This document shows positions 1 to 14,189 of a DNA stretch of 64,000 nucleotides, piece after piece. Each line of letters opens with the position of its first letter. Positions within the stretch are counted from its first letter, which is position 1. The notes under the pieces were generated by a model. It made no database searches, was not told where the DNA came from, and saw only the letters and a program-made list of their open reading frames with translations. The translations under genes and the position numbers were made by a program. This DNA is from Chiloscyllium plagiosum (Eukaryota): contig NC_057718.1 of the NCBI RefSeq assembly GCF_004010195.1, forward strand, positions 80,727,187 to 80,791,186. The letters are read 5' to 3'.

Positions 1-1671
1 GACACCTAGCAGAAGCATGTCAAATCAGAGATGTCACTGAGCTCAAAAGTCAGTGTTGAAGGACTAATGTGGTATGAGAGTTGATCTGAGAGAAGCCTTA
101 ATGTTGTGATGAGGTTGATGATTTGCCACTGCCGACTTGAGTAGATGAAATGTTGAAGAGGATGGTGGGATGAAGCATACAAGGAAGTTATGCTGCGTAC
201 AAAATTGAATGATGGTTCGTACAAGCATGTGAAGAGTTGCAGCTGACAGTTAACTGCTCTGATCTTCTTGTCTGGAATGTACGCCATCTAGTTTATCAGG
301 GAAAGAGAGAAGAATTGGAAATAGAATAAAAATAAGGTGAGCTGGTTTAATTATGAGATGAAAATGCATAGAAATAAGATAGTTGATGCTCAATAGATTC
401 TGAACTTGTCATTTAAATCTTAAGGGTAAAACTGCAAAACATTTTCTCAATGTTGAGATTCTGATTTTTTAATCCTCGCTATATTTTCTAAAGTATCTTG
501 ACATTGCCCATGTCATATCAGGGAGGACAAAATTCCTCAATTCATTCTACATTGGAGCATAAAACCTTTCTGATTTTTTTCCTATTAGGTCTTTCTTTGC
601 AGATGTGCTGAATCTGTATAGGGAACACAACCAAATGATTTGTTTGCTTCAATTTTGACATGAGCTGAGTGCAATCTGACCAAATGTTTTTGAAACTGAC
701 TGATACTGTCACCTCTGCATTTTACCAATATAAAATAGAAGTAGATTGCAGCAGTTTTTTTTCATATGGAAGAAGCAAAAAGCTATAGACGCAGTCACAA
801 CTTCTTACATCTTAAATTAGTTTGCAAATGCTCCATTGAGCTCTCTTATGTCCTGACTTCAAAGAAATCACATGGTATTTGAAAACATGATGAAGTTAAA
901 TGTTTACAGTTATGAGGAAACAATACAAACCATGAAATGAAAGTCAAACTATAGTATGTCTATATAACACTCAGATTATTACAATCTTTTGGAAATTTGG
1001 CAACTTTTATTTCATTTTCATCAGATTTAGAGGCTGCAATTTTGATTTCAGGAAAGGACTCATTATACTTCAGCCTATGTTCTCAGCAGAGCTATCATCC
1101 ATTTTTGAGTATTTTCTATTTGGATTTTTCAGCCCCAGTTATTTTAAATCACTTCCAATTCACATTGGCTTCACAAGCTTCAGTATACAGGTATGCTTAC
1201 AGAACTGTGCTCAGAATAATGAACAAAATAACCCTTCTGTTCATTACTGTAACTTGTTGAGTTATGTATGTCATGCCACCAGAGAATTCCTCTCCAGTTT
1301 TTGAAAGACCATGCATCATCACAACATCAGACTTTGGCTTTTTAACTGTCAAGCTAATTTATTTAATAATAAACAAATGGTTAAATAATGGCAATGCAGC
1401 ACATTTATGTTTAAGGTGAAAACTAGCTGATAATTAGATTCTAAATTTTTCTGTACTGCTCCTCTGGAAGTTCATTCTGTTCATTGATCATTCTTTGTGT
1501 AAAGAATTCCCTGACATGCTTTTATGAATCAGAATCTATATTTCCTTGTCCTTCTCTCACTTTTTCATTGATAGCAGTACTCCAAGTTTATATTTTTCAT
1601 TCCCATAACTATTTATATAACTCTAAGATTTCTCTTTTTCAGTCTGGAAAAGACCACTTAGAGTAATGGAT

Positions 1672-3100
1672 TCATAGAGTTGTACAGCACAGAAATAGAC
1701 CCTTCGGTCCAACTCATCTTTGCCAACCAGATATCTAAATTAATCTTGTCCCATTTGCCAGCATTTCGCCCATATGCATCTAAACCATTCCTATTCACGA
1801 ATCTATCCAGATGAGACCTTGGAGTGCAGGTTCATAGCTCCTTGAAAGTGGAATCGCAGGTAAATAAGATAGTGAAGAAGGCATTTGGTATGCTTTCCTT
1901 TATTGGTCAGAGTATTGAGTACAGGAGTTGGGAGGTCATGTTGCAGCTGTACAGGACATTGGTTAGGCCACTGTTGGAATATTGTATGCAATTCTGGTCT
2001 CCTTCCTAGAGAAAAGATGTTGTGAAACTTGAAAGGGTTCAGAAAAGATTGACAAGGATGTTGCCAAGGCAGAGGGTGGTACGTGTATGGAATGAGCTGC
2101 CAGAGGATGTGGTGGAGGCTGGTACAATTGCAACATTTAAGAGGCATTTGGATTGGTATATGAATAGGAAGGGTTTGGAGGGATATGGGCCGAGTGCTGG
2201 CAGGTGGGTCTAGATTGGATTGGGATGTCTGGTCAGCATGGACGGGTTGGACCGAAGGGCCTGTTTCCATGCTGTACATCTCTATGACCCTATGATTCTA
2301 AATGTTGTAATTGTACCAGCCACCACCACTTCCTCTGGCAGCTCATTCCATTCACGCACCACTCTCTGTGTGAAAAAGTTGCCTTTTAAATCTTTCCTGT
2401 CTCACCTTAAACCTATTCCCTCTTGGTTTGGACTCACCTGCCCTGGGAAAAAGATCTTGGCTATTCACCTTATCCATCCCCCTCATGATTTTATAAACAT
2501 TTATGTGGTCACCCCTCAGCCTCTGACGATCCAGGGAAAACAGCTCTTGTCTATTCAGCCTCTCCACAAGCTTAATCCCTCCAACCTTGGCAATATCCTT
2601 GTGTATCGTTTCTGCACCCTTTCAAGTTTAACAATATCCTACCAATAGCAGGGGAGACCAGAAGTGACCACAATATTCCAAAAAGAGCCAACAAACCAAT
2701 GTCCTGTACAGCCACAATATTACATCCTAACATCTGTATCCAGAGAAAGCACTGACCAATAAAGGCAACTATACCAAATACCTTCTTCACAATACTGGCT
2801 ACCTGTGACTCCACCTTTTAATAACTGTGAACCTGCACCCCAAGATTTCCTTGTTTGGCAAAGTTCCCCAGAGTCCGACTATTAACTGTGTAAGTCCTGC
2901 CCTAATTTGCATTACCAAAATACAATCCCTCACATTAAATTAAACCCCATCTGCCACTCCCCGGCCCATTGGCTCATCTGATCAAGGTCCTATTGCACTC
3001 TGAGGTAACTTTCTTCACTATACACTACATCACTAATTTTGGTGTCATCTGCTTACTAACCATTCCTCCCATATTCACATCAAATCGTTTATATAAATGA
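1672..3100 (-). mobile_element. CR1/HER1-type LINE 3' portion, interrupted by an opposite-strand CR1 fragment
   Basis: Tail tcatagag...cagcacagaaatagacccttcgg. Minus-strand RT C-terminal fragments (ERLNRQELFSL..RLRGD..VYKIMRG). Confidence 0.85.
1812..2297 (+). mobile_element. 5'-truncated, internally deleted CR1 3' end nested in another CR1
   Basis: ORF pieces VQVHSSLKVESQV..LYRTLVRPLLEYC and VWNELPEDVVEAGTIATFKRHLD. Ends in a (ctatga)n tail. Confidence 0.85.
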
Positions 3101-3894
3101 CATTCATTCACAAGGTGGATGCATTTGAAGAGTGGTGTGTGCAGGTCATGCCCGAGCATCATCCTTGCACACTGCAGTTGGCCGTTGTGTTGTCCACATC
3201 AAAGCACTGCAATCCTGAATGACACAATTCAAGTATCTTGATCCTGAAGCTATCTACAATCAAGATGGCAGAGTTGTTATTGTGAAAGGTTGTTTACAAT
3301 TACATGTTACCCGAAATATCTATGTACATTCAGTATGTTGTTTTCTTCCTCTATCTCCCACTACATCTAACTGCAGTCCTGGAGTGAAGGGAGCCTCCCA
3401 CTGTTGTTGATCTGGAAAACTTAGGCATGTGGCCCCAGGATCTGTTTGGGCCTAGAGGGCTCTGACCTGCAGAGTCTGCCCCACCCGCATACAGGCTCAC
3501 CCTCCTTGGTTCCTTGGAGTCCTGCAGTTTTGTCATGAAAGGCAGGAGCAAGGTGCAGGAACCACATGTCTCTGGTGTCCTTCAAAGAGCCTGAGTCTAC
3601 TTCCCCACCTATGGGTTCCTGCCTGTCTCTCTGAAAAGAAGTAGAACCCAGAGTTAGATTGAGGTCCCTTATCCTTTTCTTACCTTCCATTGATTCAGAG
3701 TACCTATGGCTAGATAGAGTATAGGCTCATGTGCAAATCCAGGAGGCACAGAGGGGACTAGACCTGGGTTCCATGTTAGTTGCTGAACACTCCATGGAGA
3801 TAGTTAAACACATGTATGCCAAAACCAGCATTGTTCTCTCACAAAGAGTGCTAAAGAAACCCAGCAGGTCTAATGGCATTTGTGGGGAGAGTCC

Positions 3895-4022
3895 ATTAAG
3901 AGTCATATTTGACTCGAGATAGTAACTTGTTTCACTCTGCACAGATGCTGTCAGACTTGCTGAGTTTCTCCAGCACTTTCAGTCTATATTTCAGATATTT
4001 AGCAACCACAGTACTTGCTTCT
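3895..4022 (+). mobile_element. Degenerate Penelope-like pLTR fragment
   Basis: cagatgctgtcagacttgctgagtttctccagcac matches the pLTR arms at 32581-32800 and 34070-34258. It is preceded by a stem II remnant gagtc-atattt-gactc. Confidence 0.55.
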
Positions 4023-4519
4023 ATTACAGTGTTGTTAATCTTGGTGGACTCCTTCATTCTTCAATCTAGCTTGGCAAATACCTCTGACGAACCTGCTTGC
4101 TGCATTTTGTCTACCTATGTTTGATGAAGTAATTAATGCTGAGACCTTCTACCTGGGGCTGTGCAGGTGTTTGGTCTCCAGCAGTCATCTGAAGTGCCAA
4201 GACCTGGAATGTTTCTTCCTCAACCAAATGTGCTCTGCAGACTGGATTCCAATGTCCAGTAGAATACCCACCACAGTGAAAGTTCCTGAGTTGCTGGAGC
4301 ATATAAGTACATTGATGGTACATCCTCAGGGGGCTCAGCGGCTTCTTCCTCAGAGGTGGAGGTGGTATTGTGGGTCACCAGTGCAAGCCACTTCTGGGCA
4401 GAGGATCACCGGGTGTCGCGAATGACTGCATGACAGAAGAGTGGAAATTAGTTGTCAAAGAAAGATAAAAGCTTATGGTGTTGTTAGAGCAGTTGCTAAT
4501 GTTGTTAATTGGTTGCTAA

Positions 4520-5185
4520 TGTCAACTAATTGTCAACAGGAGAGCTAGACAGCACAGCAAAACAATAGTTTGCCATTGAAGTCTCCTCATCACCATATGA
4601 GCAACCATGCTCTTCTCCATCCAAATCTTGGCTTGATTATGGGCCAGTCTTTCCTGCAATAAGACAAAAAGAGAGGTTGAGCTTGTTGGCAGTGGGTGGA
4701 AGAGCAGTTAGTAGTGATGCAGGAGTGAGAGAAATGGTGAGATGGCCTCAGTGAGTGAGTAGGAAACACGAAGAGCAGGGAAGTTAAGTAGCTTGAGGGA
4801 GGAGGCTGGTGAGACCTGTTGATTGAACATGATGCATGCAATAATAAGAAAAAAAACAACCTATAAATGTGTACCATGGCAGCATTAGGTCAACTTGTGG
4901 CTATGTAAGTGTAAGTGTGAGATAGTAGAGAGTAGATAAATGCCCTTAATCTTGTGAAGTATAGAGGATCATTGTCCTTCTTCCTGCACTGCTGTGCATT
5001 CCATTAACTCAGGATGCAGCACTTACCACGGCCATTCTCTGTGTCCATGTTAGCTGTACCTGGTAGTGAGAGCTCCTTTGGTGGGTGATAGGAAAAAGAG
5101 CTGTCCCCTCTCCACCCTCTCAATTAGCACTTTCATGTCCCTGTTTGTAAAAGGAAAAGCTAACTTGCCTTTCAGGGTGATTTTC
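4520..5185 (-). mobile_element. PIF/Harbinger transposon remnant (Myb/SANT-like accessory gene)
   Basis: Minus strand reads KGKLAFPFTNRDMKVLIE, then NAQQCRKKDND, then after an AG acceptor ERLAHN. Same layout as 37990 and 57200. Confidence 0.55.
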
Positions 5186-5347
5186 TCAGTGATGATGTTT
5201 GAGCACCACATCTGAGGTTCCACATCACCGCATTCCTAGTTTGCAGCATTTGAACTGGTGTGCAATTAAGCTTTAAGTACAGCACCAACAACATGAATGT
5301 TTGAAAGTGCTGGCAATGGCCCACACCCGGGTGATTTACCTTTTCTC

Positions 5348-8300
5348 ATAGAACCCATTGAAAGTAGGAGCAGGAGTAGGCCATTCTGTCCCTGGAGGCT
5401 ACTCTGCCTTTCATTGTGATCATAGCTGATCATCCAACATGTTTCCATTTTTTCCCCTTTAGCCCCAAATGCTACATCCAACTCACACTTGAAACCAGGC
5501 AATGTTTTGGCCCCAACTGCTTATGGTGGTGGTGAATTCCACAGGTTCACCACTCTCTGCATGAAGAAATTTCTCTACATTTTAATCTTAAATAGTGTAC
5601 CTCTTTTCCCTAGACTGTTACCCTTGGTTTGGAATCCCCTGCCATTAGAAACATCTTTTTCACACCCTGTCTAGAACTGTTAGAATTTTACAGATTTCTA
5701 TGAAATCATCCCTAATTCTCTGGAACTCAAGCTAATATAATGCTAACTGATTCAACCTCTCCTCATGTCAGTCTCACATTTCCAAGAATCAGTCTGGCAA
5801 ACCGTCACTGCACTCCCTTCATAGCACGAACATTCTTGGTCAGATAAGGAGGCCAAAACTACACATAATATTCCATGTGTGGTCTCATCAATGTCCTGTA
5901 TAATTGTAACAAGACATCCCTGTCCCCAGACTCAAATCCTCTTGCTACATAGGCCAGCATACTATTTGTCTTCTTTAGCATCTGCTGTACCCACATGCTT
6001 GCGTTCAGTGTCTGGTGTATGAGGATACATATTCTTGTGGTACAATCCCCTCTCTCAATTTGCAGTCATTCAGGTAATAATCTGCCTTCCTGTTTTTGCT
6101 ACCAAAGTGGACAATCTCATATTTATCCACATTATACTGCATCTGCCATACATTTGCCCACTCACTCAGCTTGTCCAAATTACGCTGAAGCATCCTGACA
6201 TTTTCATCACAGTTCACCCTCTCACCCAGCTTTTGTCATCTGCAAATTTGGAGATATTACATATAGTTCCCTCACCTAAATCATCAGTGTATATTGTGAA
6301 AAGCTGAGGCCTTAGCACTGATCCTTGCAGTACTCCACTAGTCATTGGCTGCCATTCAGAAAAAGATCCATGTATTCCTATTCTTTGTGTCCTGTCTGCC
6401 AACTAGTTTTCTATTCATCTCAATTCTATTCAATCCCAATCCTATGCACTTTAAATTATACAATATCTCTCATATGTGGGACTTTGTTGAAAGCTTCTGA
6501 AAGTCTAAATAAACTATATCTGCTCGCTCCTCATCACCAACTCCACAATTACATTTTCAAAAAATTTCATTAGATTTGCCAAACATGATTTCCCTTTTGT
6601 AAATCCGTGCTGACTGTCTGTCATAGTTTTCCTCATGCTCTGCTACTAAATCTTTTATAATAGACTGTAGCATTTCCCCACTACAGATATCAGGGTAACT
6701 GGTCCATTCTCAGATTTCTCTCTACTTCATTTAAATTAAGAAATTTCATTAGCTATCCTCCCATCTGTAAGAACTGTTCTGGAGTCTGTAGAATTCTTGA
6801 AGGTGACTACCAATGCATCCACTATTTCTAGGCCTATGTCCTTAATCTGCATTCCAACATTACAGAATTCTTACCAGGCCTTAGAAATTTACCAGTCTTC
6901 AATCCCATCAATTTCCCCAACACCATTCCTTATTAATACTGATTCCCTTCAGTTCCTCCCTCTCACTAAACATTATGTTCCCTAGTATTTCTGGTAATGT
7001 TATTTGTGTCCCCCTAGTGAACACAGAACCAAAGTATTATTTAGTTGATCAGCTACTTCTTTGTTCCTCATTATAAATTTCCCCTTTCTGATTGAAAGAG
7101 ACCTACAGGTGCCTTCGCCAATCTGTTTTCTCTTCACATATCTATCGAATGTTTGCAGTCAGTTTTTATGTTCTCCACAAGCTTGCTCTCATATAGTGTT
7201 TTCCCTTTTTTAATCAATCCCTTTTTCCCCCTTTGCTGAATTCTAAACTGCTCCCACTCCTCAGGTTTGTTGTTTTTTTTCTGGCCAATTTGTATGCCTC
7301 TTCCTGGGATCTAATATTATTTCTAATTTCACTTGTAAGCTATGGTTTAGCCACCTTTCTCATTTTACATTTTTACCAGACATGAATGAATAATTGTTGC
7401 AGTTCATCTATGTGCTTATTGAATGTTTTCCACTGTCATCCATTTAAGTAATGTCCCCCAGTCTATCATAGCTAAGTCATGCCTCATACCATTGTGGTCT
7501 CCTTTATTTAGATTCAGGACCCTTGCCTCAGAATCAACTATGTAACTTTCCACCTTGAGTGAAGAACTTTATGATATTATGGTCGCTGATCCCCTGTGGA
7601 CCTCAAACAACTGGATTGCCAATTATTCATTTCTCATGACACAATACCCAACTTGCGATGTGCTCTATCTCCTCTGTTGGCTCCTCAACACATTTGTTAC
7701 GTATGATTCCAGAAAACCATATTGTTTACAGTCCAGGAATTCTTCTATGATATCAATAGCAATTTGATTTGCCCAATATATATGCAGATTAAAGCTACCC
7801 ATTATTACAGATGTTTCTTTATTGCTTACAGCTAGTTCTGTTATGATGCCTTGGTTGCGTTCCAGCGAAACCTCACTTAATCGAAATAATGGGGGCCAAT
7901 GGGAAAAATGAGGTCAGGGGCAGACCAGCAAAAAAGTCACTCACAATCACTCAAAAAACACCCAAAAGTATAACGCAAAGTATAACACAGCCTGAATGAA
8001 GGTCAAAATCGTATTTATTAACAAAATGAAAGTAAATTGAACACAATACATTTAAAAATGTAAGAAAGCTGCTATCTGTACAGTACGTCTCACAGAAACC
8101 TGCTCTACTGGCAGCTGACTTCGGCACATGTGCAGAACAGCATGAAGACCTGAGTTCACTTGCTCATGCACAGAATGGCACATAGACTTCGGCGCATGCG
8201 CGGAGCAACATGAAGACTGGCACCGATATCACACATGCATGGACATCGGAGAATGCGCAGGATGGCACGAACATGGGCATATGTGCAGAACACCACAGAA

Positions 8301-9900
8301 ATTTTGGCACACACATTCATGCATGCACAGAAAGAAGTACATGAACCAATCTCCACTGAAGTTGCACTATTGCCAATAGAGATAAGCGTTCTCCAGAATA
8401 CTGTTCCCTAATTTTTCAGCGACATTATAGCCAAATCACGCTGCCAAGATGCACATTATTACCAGAACTACCTGAACATCTCTGAATTCCTATATAATTC
8501 CATTTCCAACATCACTGCTATAGTTTAGAGGCCTATATACAACTCTACTAATGGTTTTTTTGTACCTTGGTGTTTCTCAGCTGGACTTATACAAATTCCA
8601 CATTGTCTGAGCTAATAACCTTATTCACTACGACATTAATTTCCTCTTTAACCAGCAATACACAGTTCCCCTGCCTTTTCCTTTTTGTCTGTACTTCCTA
8701 AATGCTGAATACCCCTGGATGTTCAGTTCTCACTCCTGTGTCACCTTGCAGCCATGTCTCCATAATCTCAACTATATCAAAAATCTGTTTTCATCTATTT
8801 GCATGATTAATTCATTCATCTTATTGTGAATGCTCCACACATTAAAGGTCAAATATCTTTTTAACGTTTCTTGTCCAGTTCCCATTATTTTTCACTATAT
8901 CTCTGTTTGATCCTGGCCCTTGATTTCTCTGCTATAACACTATAACTTATCTTATTTCCCCATCTGTCTTTTGTTCTTCTCCTTGATTCCCTTTCCTCTG
9001 ACTCCTTGCATTGGTTCCCATGCCTCTGTCATTTTAGTTTAAAGTCTCCACAACCACTTAAGCAAATACTGCCCCCAAGGCAATCATCCCATTCTGCCCA
9101 TGTGTATTTGTTCCATCTCCACCAGAACTAGTCCCAATGTCCCAGGGATTTTAAAACCTCCCCCTTGCCCCATCTATTCAGTCATGGATTCATCTGATAA
9201 ATCCTCCTATTTCTACTCTGACTAGCATATAACACTGGTGGTAATCTTGAGATCACTCCCTTTCAGATTCTATTTTTCAATTCCGCCTTTTTTTACCCAT
9301 ATGATTTTTTTAAACCGACACCACTGGCTGTTCTCCATCATCCTCCAGAATGCTCTGATACATTTTTGCCATAGTACCAGGGATGCAACGTGGAGTCTAT
9401 TTTGGCCACACAAATGCCTATCTATTCTTCTTACAACTGAATCATTGTAATTATTGAATTCCCACACTTTTTAATCTTCCCCCATGTAGCAGAGCCAACC
9501 ATAGTGCAGTGAATTTGGCTGTTGCTGCTTTCCTCTGAGAAATCATTTCCCTCAACAGTATCCAAAGCTAATTTACAGGGTATTAGCCACAGGAGACACC
9601 TGCACTGACTGCTTAATCCTCTTGTTCTGTCTGGTGGCCATCCATTCCCTTCCTGCCTGTTGAGTTTTAGGTTATGGTGTGACCAACTCTCTATATGTAC
9701 TATCACATACACTCTGCCTTACGAATGCTCCACAATGTCCCTTGTCTCTGTTTGAACTCTGAAACCTGGACTTTCAGGAACTGCAGCTGGAAACACTTAC
9801 TGCACACATGCTAGTTCAGACACTGAAATGTTCCTGGCTTCCCACAGAGAGCAAGAGCACATCATGGTTTTGAGATCTCATGCCATGACTTAATCCTTTA
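5348..9900 (-). mobile_element. Near full-length decayed CR1 LINE (older subfamily)
   Basis: RT motifs SGVLQGSVLRPQLFTIYTDDL..KFADD and LQRNLDKLSEWANVWQMQYNVDK. ORF1-like start CSCSLWE near 9850. 3' tail near 5350. Confidence 0.8.
7829..8474. mobile_element. Non-autonomous Tc1/mariner(Tigger)-like DNA transposon (MITE) inserted in CR1
   Basis: Imperfect terminal inverted repeats CAGCTAGTTCTGTTA ... TACCAGAACTACCTG, preceded by TA. CR1 sequence resumes on both sides. No transposase ORF. Confidence 0.6.
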
Positions 9901-10644
9901 AAATCACCCTTTTTGAAGAGATTTAATACAGATAATATCAATTACTCTCAGGCCTTTATTGTCTGGTCCTTATTACAGAATATAGGCTTTATAAAATAGA
10001 AACCATAAAAATATCTTACAAACTATAAACCAAAAATAGAGCAAAAAACATCTCTTCTGTACCAAATTCCCACTGTGTTTCAAATTCCAAGATGTATACA
10101 TTTCTTTTGGTTGTGTCTCACTCAGGATGTGCTGTCCCCCAACAGCTCATGTTCGAAGTTTACTGATGCTATGTAATTCCATAAGAAGAATACCAATGGC
10201 ATGAATGTCTGAAGGTCCTGGCAATGACCAGTACTTGCATTTCTCCTACCATGCAATTCCACAAGGAGGGTGCCAAAGAGCCAATTGCATAATTGATGAG
10301 GTGAAGAGCAGAAGGTTGTGTGATCACTCTGAGCCACATTGGACTGGGACCATGAATTACACTTAACAAAACATTTTAATTGAAATTAGAAAAATTCAGC
10401 TCCAAAATTTACTTGAGTAAAAATAAGTCAAGTGCCAACGTAATCAGAATTGCAAGTGAACTCTATACCTACAAGCTGTTAAAATAGACCATGCCTGAAA
10501 GAAATCAGAGCCAATGGAATGATCATGTTCCCAAAAATACTTAACCTGCTTAATTGAAGATTACCTGAGCTCAATGAATGTTGTGACAGAGCTCTTAAGT
10601 GCCTGAAATAACAACAGAAAATATTCAAAACATTTGATAGGTCA

Positions 10645-13600
10645 AGTCAAAAGGGAGAGGGGCTAGCAGGAGGTCATTGTACACATTGGAGCTAACGACA
10701 TAGGAAGAGAAAAGGATGAGGCTCTGAGGAGAGAATATGGAAGTTAGGCAAGAATTTAAAACGGAGGTCCTTGTGGGTAGGATTATCTGGTTTACTCCTG
10801 GTGCCAAAAGCTAGTGAGAATAGGAATAGGGGAATAGAGCAGATGAATGCATGACTGAGGAGCTGGTGTAGGGGAGACGGATTCACATTTTTGGATCATT
10901 GGAATCTCTTCTGAGATAGGAGTGATCTGTATAAGAAGGACAGGTTGCACCTGAATTGGAAGGGGGCTAATATACTGGCGGGGAGATTTGCTAGAGGTCA
11001 TCAGGAGGATTTAAGCTGATAAAGTGGGAAGATGGGACCCAGAGACTTAGTGAGGAAAGAGATCAGTTGGAGATTAGTAAAGTTGGGAAAAGGAGCAAGT
11101 CAAACAGTCAGGGCAGGTAGGAACAAAACAGAGAATGAGGTATAACTAATAATTTAAACTACATTTATTTCAATGCATGAGGTCTAACAAGTAAGACAGA
11201 TGAACTTAGGGTATAGTTGGGAACATGGGACCATGATACCATAGTAATTGCAGAGATGTGGCTCAGGAATGGACAGAACTGGCAGCTTAATGTTCTAGGG
11301 TATAGATGGTACAGGAAGGATAGAAAGGGAAGCAAGACAGTAGGGTGAGTGGTGTTTTTGATTATTGATAATATTACAGCTATACTTAGGGAGGATATTC
11401 CTGGGAACGGATGTTATTCGGGTGGAATTGAGAAATAAGAAAGGGATGATCACCTTATTGGGATTGTACTATAAATCTGAGGAGCAGGAGAATCGACATT
11501 TTCCCCCAGCCCATAAGCTTTATTCCTAATGAAGGGCTTATGCCCAAAATGTTGATTCTCCTGCTCCTCAACCGCTGCCTGACCTACTGTGCTTTTCCAG
11601 CACCACACTCTCAACTCTGATCTCCAGCACCTGCATTCCTTACCTTCTCCTGTGCAGTAGATCCCCCAATAGTCAGCAGGAAATTCAGAAACAAATTTGT
11701 AAGGAGATTGCAGTTATCTGTAAGAATAGGAGGGTGGCTATGGTAAGGGATTTTAAATTTCCAAACAAAAACTGGGACTGCCATAGTGTTAAAGGCTTGG
11801 ATGGAGAGGAATTTGTTAAGTGTGTACAAGAAAATTTTCTGATTCAGTATGTGGATGCATCTACTGGAAAAGGTGCAAAACCTGACCTACTCTTGGGAAA
11901 TAAGGCAAGGCAGGTAACTGAGGTGTCAGTCGGGGAGGACTTTGGGCCAGTGGCCATAATTCTATTAGTTTTAAAATAATGATTGAAAACGATAGACCGA
12001 ATCTAAAAGTTAATGTTCTAAATTGGAGGAAGGCCAATTTTGACTGTATTCAGCAAGAACTTCTAAAAATTGTTTGGGTGCGGAATATTTGCAGGCAAAG
12101 TAAAGGCTGGACAGTGGGAAGCGTTCAAAAATGAGGTAAAGCGAGTCCACTGACAACATGTTCCTATTAGGGTGAAGGACAAGGCTGTAGGTGTAGAAAA
12201 TGCTGGATGACCTGAGAAATTGAGACTTTGGTCAAGAAAAATAAGGAAGCATATGTCAGGTATCGAGTGAATCCTTAAAAGAGTATAAAGGTAGTAGTAT
12301 ACTTAACAGGGAAATCAGGAGGGCTGAAAGGGGACATGAGATACCTTTGACAAATAGGGTTAAGGAGAATCCAAAGAGATTTTGTAAATACATTTAAGAC
12401 GAAAGGGTAACCAGGGAGAGAATAGAGCCCCTTAAAAGTCAGCAAGGCTACCTACACGTAGAGCTGCAGGAGACGGGGGAAAGACGAAATGAGTATTTTG
12501 CATCAGTGTTTACTGTGGAGAAGGATTTGGAAGATACAGAACGTGAGGAAATAAATGGTGACAGTTTGAAAAATGTCCATATTACAGAGGACGAGATGCT
12601 GGATGTCTTAAAATGCATAAAGGTGGATAAATCCACGCGACCTGGTCAGGTATACCCTGAAACTCTGTGGGAAAGCTAGGGAAATGATTATTGGTCCCCT
12701 TGCTGATATATTTATACTTTTGATAGCCACAGGTGAGGTGCCGAAAGACTGCAGGTTGGCTTACGTGGTGTCACTATTTTAAAAAGGTGATAAGAAAAAG
12801 CTAGGGAACCTTAGACCGATGACTCTGACATTGGTGGTGCATAAGTTTTTGGAGGGATGCCTGAGGGATAGGATTTACGTGTATTTGGAAAGACAAGTAC
12901 TGATTAGGGATAGTCAACATGGCTTTGTGTGTGGGAAATCATATCTCACAAACTTGATTGAGTGATTTGAAGAAGTAACAAAGAAGATTGATGAGGTGCA
13001 AAGCAGTGGATGTGATCTATATGGACTTCAGTAAGGCATTCAAAAGGTTCCTCGTAGTAGACTGGTTAGCAAGGTTAGATTACATGGAATACATGGAGAA
13101 CTAGCCATTTGGATACATAACTGGCTTGACGGTAGAAGACAGAGGGTGGTGGTGGAGAGTTGCTTTTTAGACTGGACGCCTGTGTCCACCAGTGTGCCAC
13201 AAGGATCGGAACTGGGTCTGCTACTTTTTGTCATTTATAGAAATGATTTGGATGTGAACGTAGGAGATATGGTTAGTTACAGATGACACCAAAATTGGAG
13301 GTGTAATAGACAGTGAAGAAGGTTACCTCAGAGTACAATGGGCTTGATGAGGATGGGTCAATGGACCAAGGAGTAGTAGATGGAGTTTAATTTAGATAAG
13401 TGTGAGGTGCTGCATTTTGGAAAGGCAAATCAGGGCAAGACTTACCTACTTAATAGTAACGTTCTGGAGAGTATTGCTCAACAAAGATACCTTGGAGTGC
13501 AGGTTCATAGTTCCTTGAAAGTGGAGTATTGGGTAGATAGGATAGCGAAGAAGGCATTTGGTATGCTTTCCTTTATTAGTCAGTACATTATGTATAGGAG

Positions 13601-14189
13601 AGTTGGAGGTCATGTTGTGGGTGTACTAAGCCACTTTTGGAATATTGTGTGCAATTCTGATCTCCCTGCTTTCCGAAGGATGTTGTGAAACTTGAAAGGG
13701 TTCAGAAAAGCTTTACAAGGGTGTTGCTAGGTTTGAAGGGTTTGAGCTGTAGGGTGAGGCTGATTAGGCTGTGGCTATTTTCCGTGGAGTGTCAGAGGCT
13801 GATGGTTGACCTTATCGAGGTTTATAAAATCATGAGGGGTATGGATAGGGTAAATAGACAAGGTCTTTTCCCCGGTATGGGGAAGTCCAAACCTATAGGG
13901 CATAGATTTAAGGTGAGACAGTCAAGATTTAAAAGGGACCCAAGGGGCAACTTTTTCACATAGAGGGGGTGCATGTATGAAATGAGCTGCCAGAGAGAGT
14001 GGTGGAAGCTGATACAATTACAATATTTAAAAGTCATCTGGATGAGTATATGTATAGGAAGGGTTTAGAGGGATATCAGCCAAATACTGGCAAATGGGAC
14101 TAGATCAATTTAGATATATGGTTGACATGGATTATTTGAACTGAAGCGTCTGTTTCCATGCTGTACATCACTATGACTCTACTACTCTA
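10645..14189 (+). mobile_element. CR1/HER1 LINE: ORF1 esterase end, endonuclease, RT and tail, decayed
   Basis: EVIVHIGANDIG (esterase-like), DFKFPNKNW..EEFVKCVQENFL (endonuclease) and MEFNLDKCEVLHFG (RT). Tail ctatgactctatactcta. Many stops and frameshifts. Confidence 0.9.
11474..11657 (+). mobile_element. Fold-back Penelope pLTR mini-insertion with decayed hammerhead, inside the CR1 endonuclease region
   Basis: Interrupts CR1 ggattgtactata|gatccccc (compare the uninterrupted copy near 24240). Inverted arms ggagcaggagaatcgacattt / aaatgttgattctcctgctcc. Confidence 0.75.
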
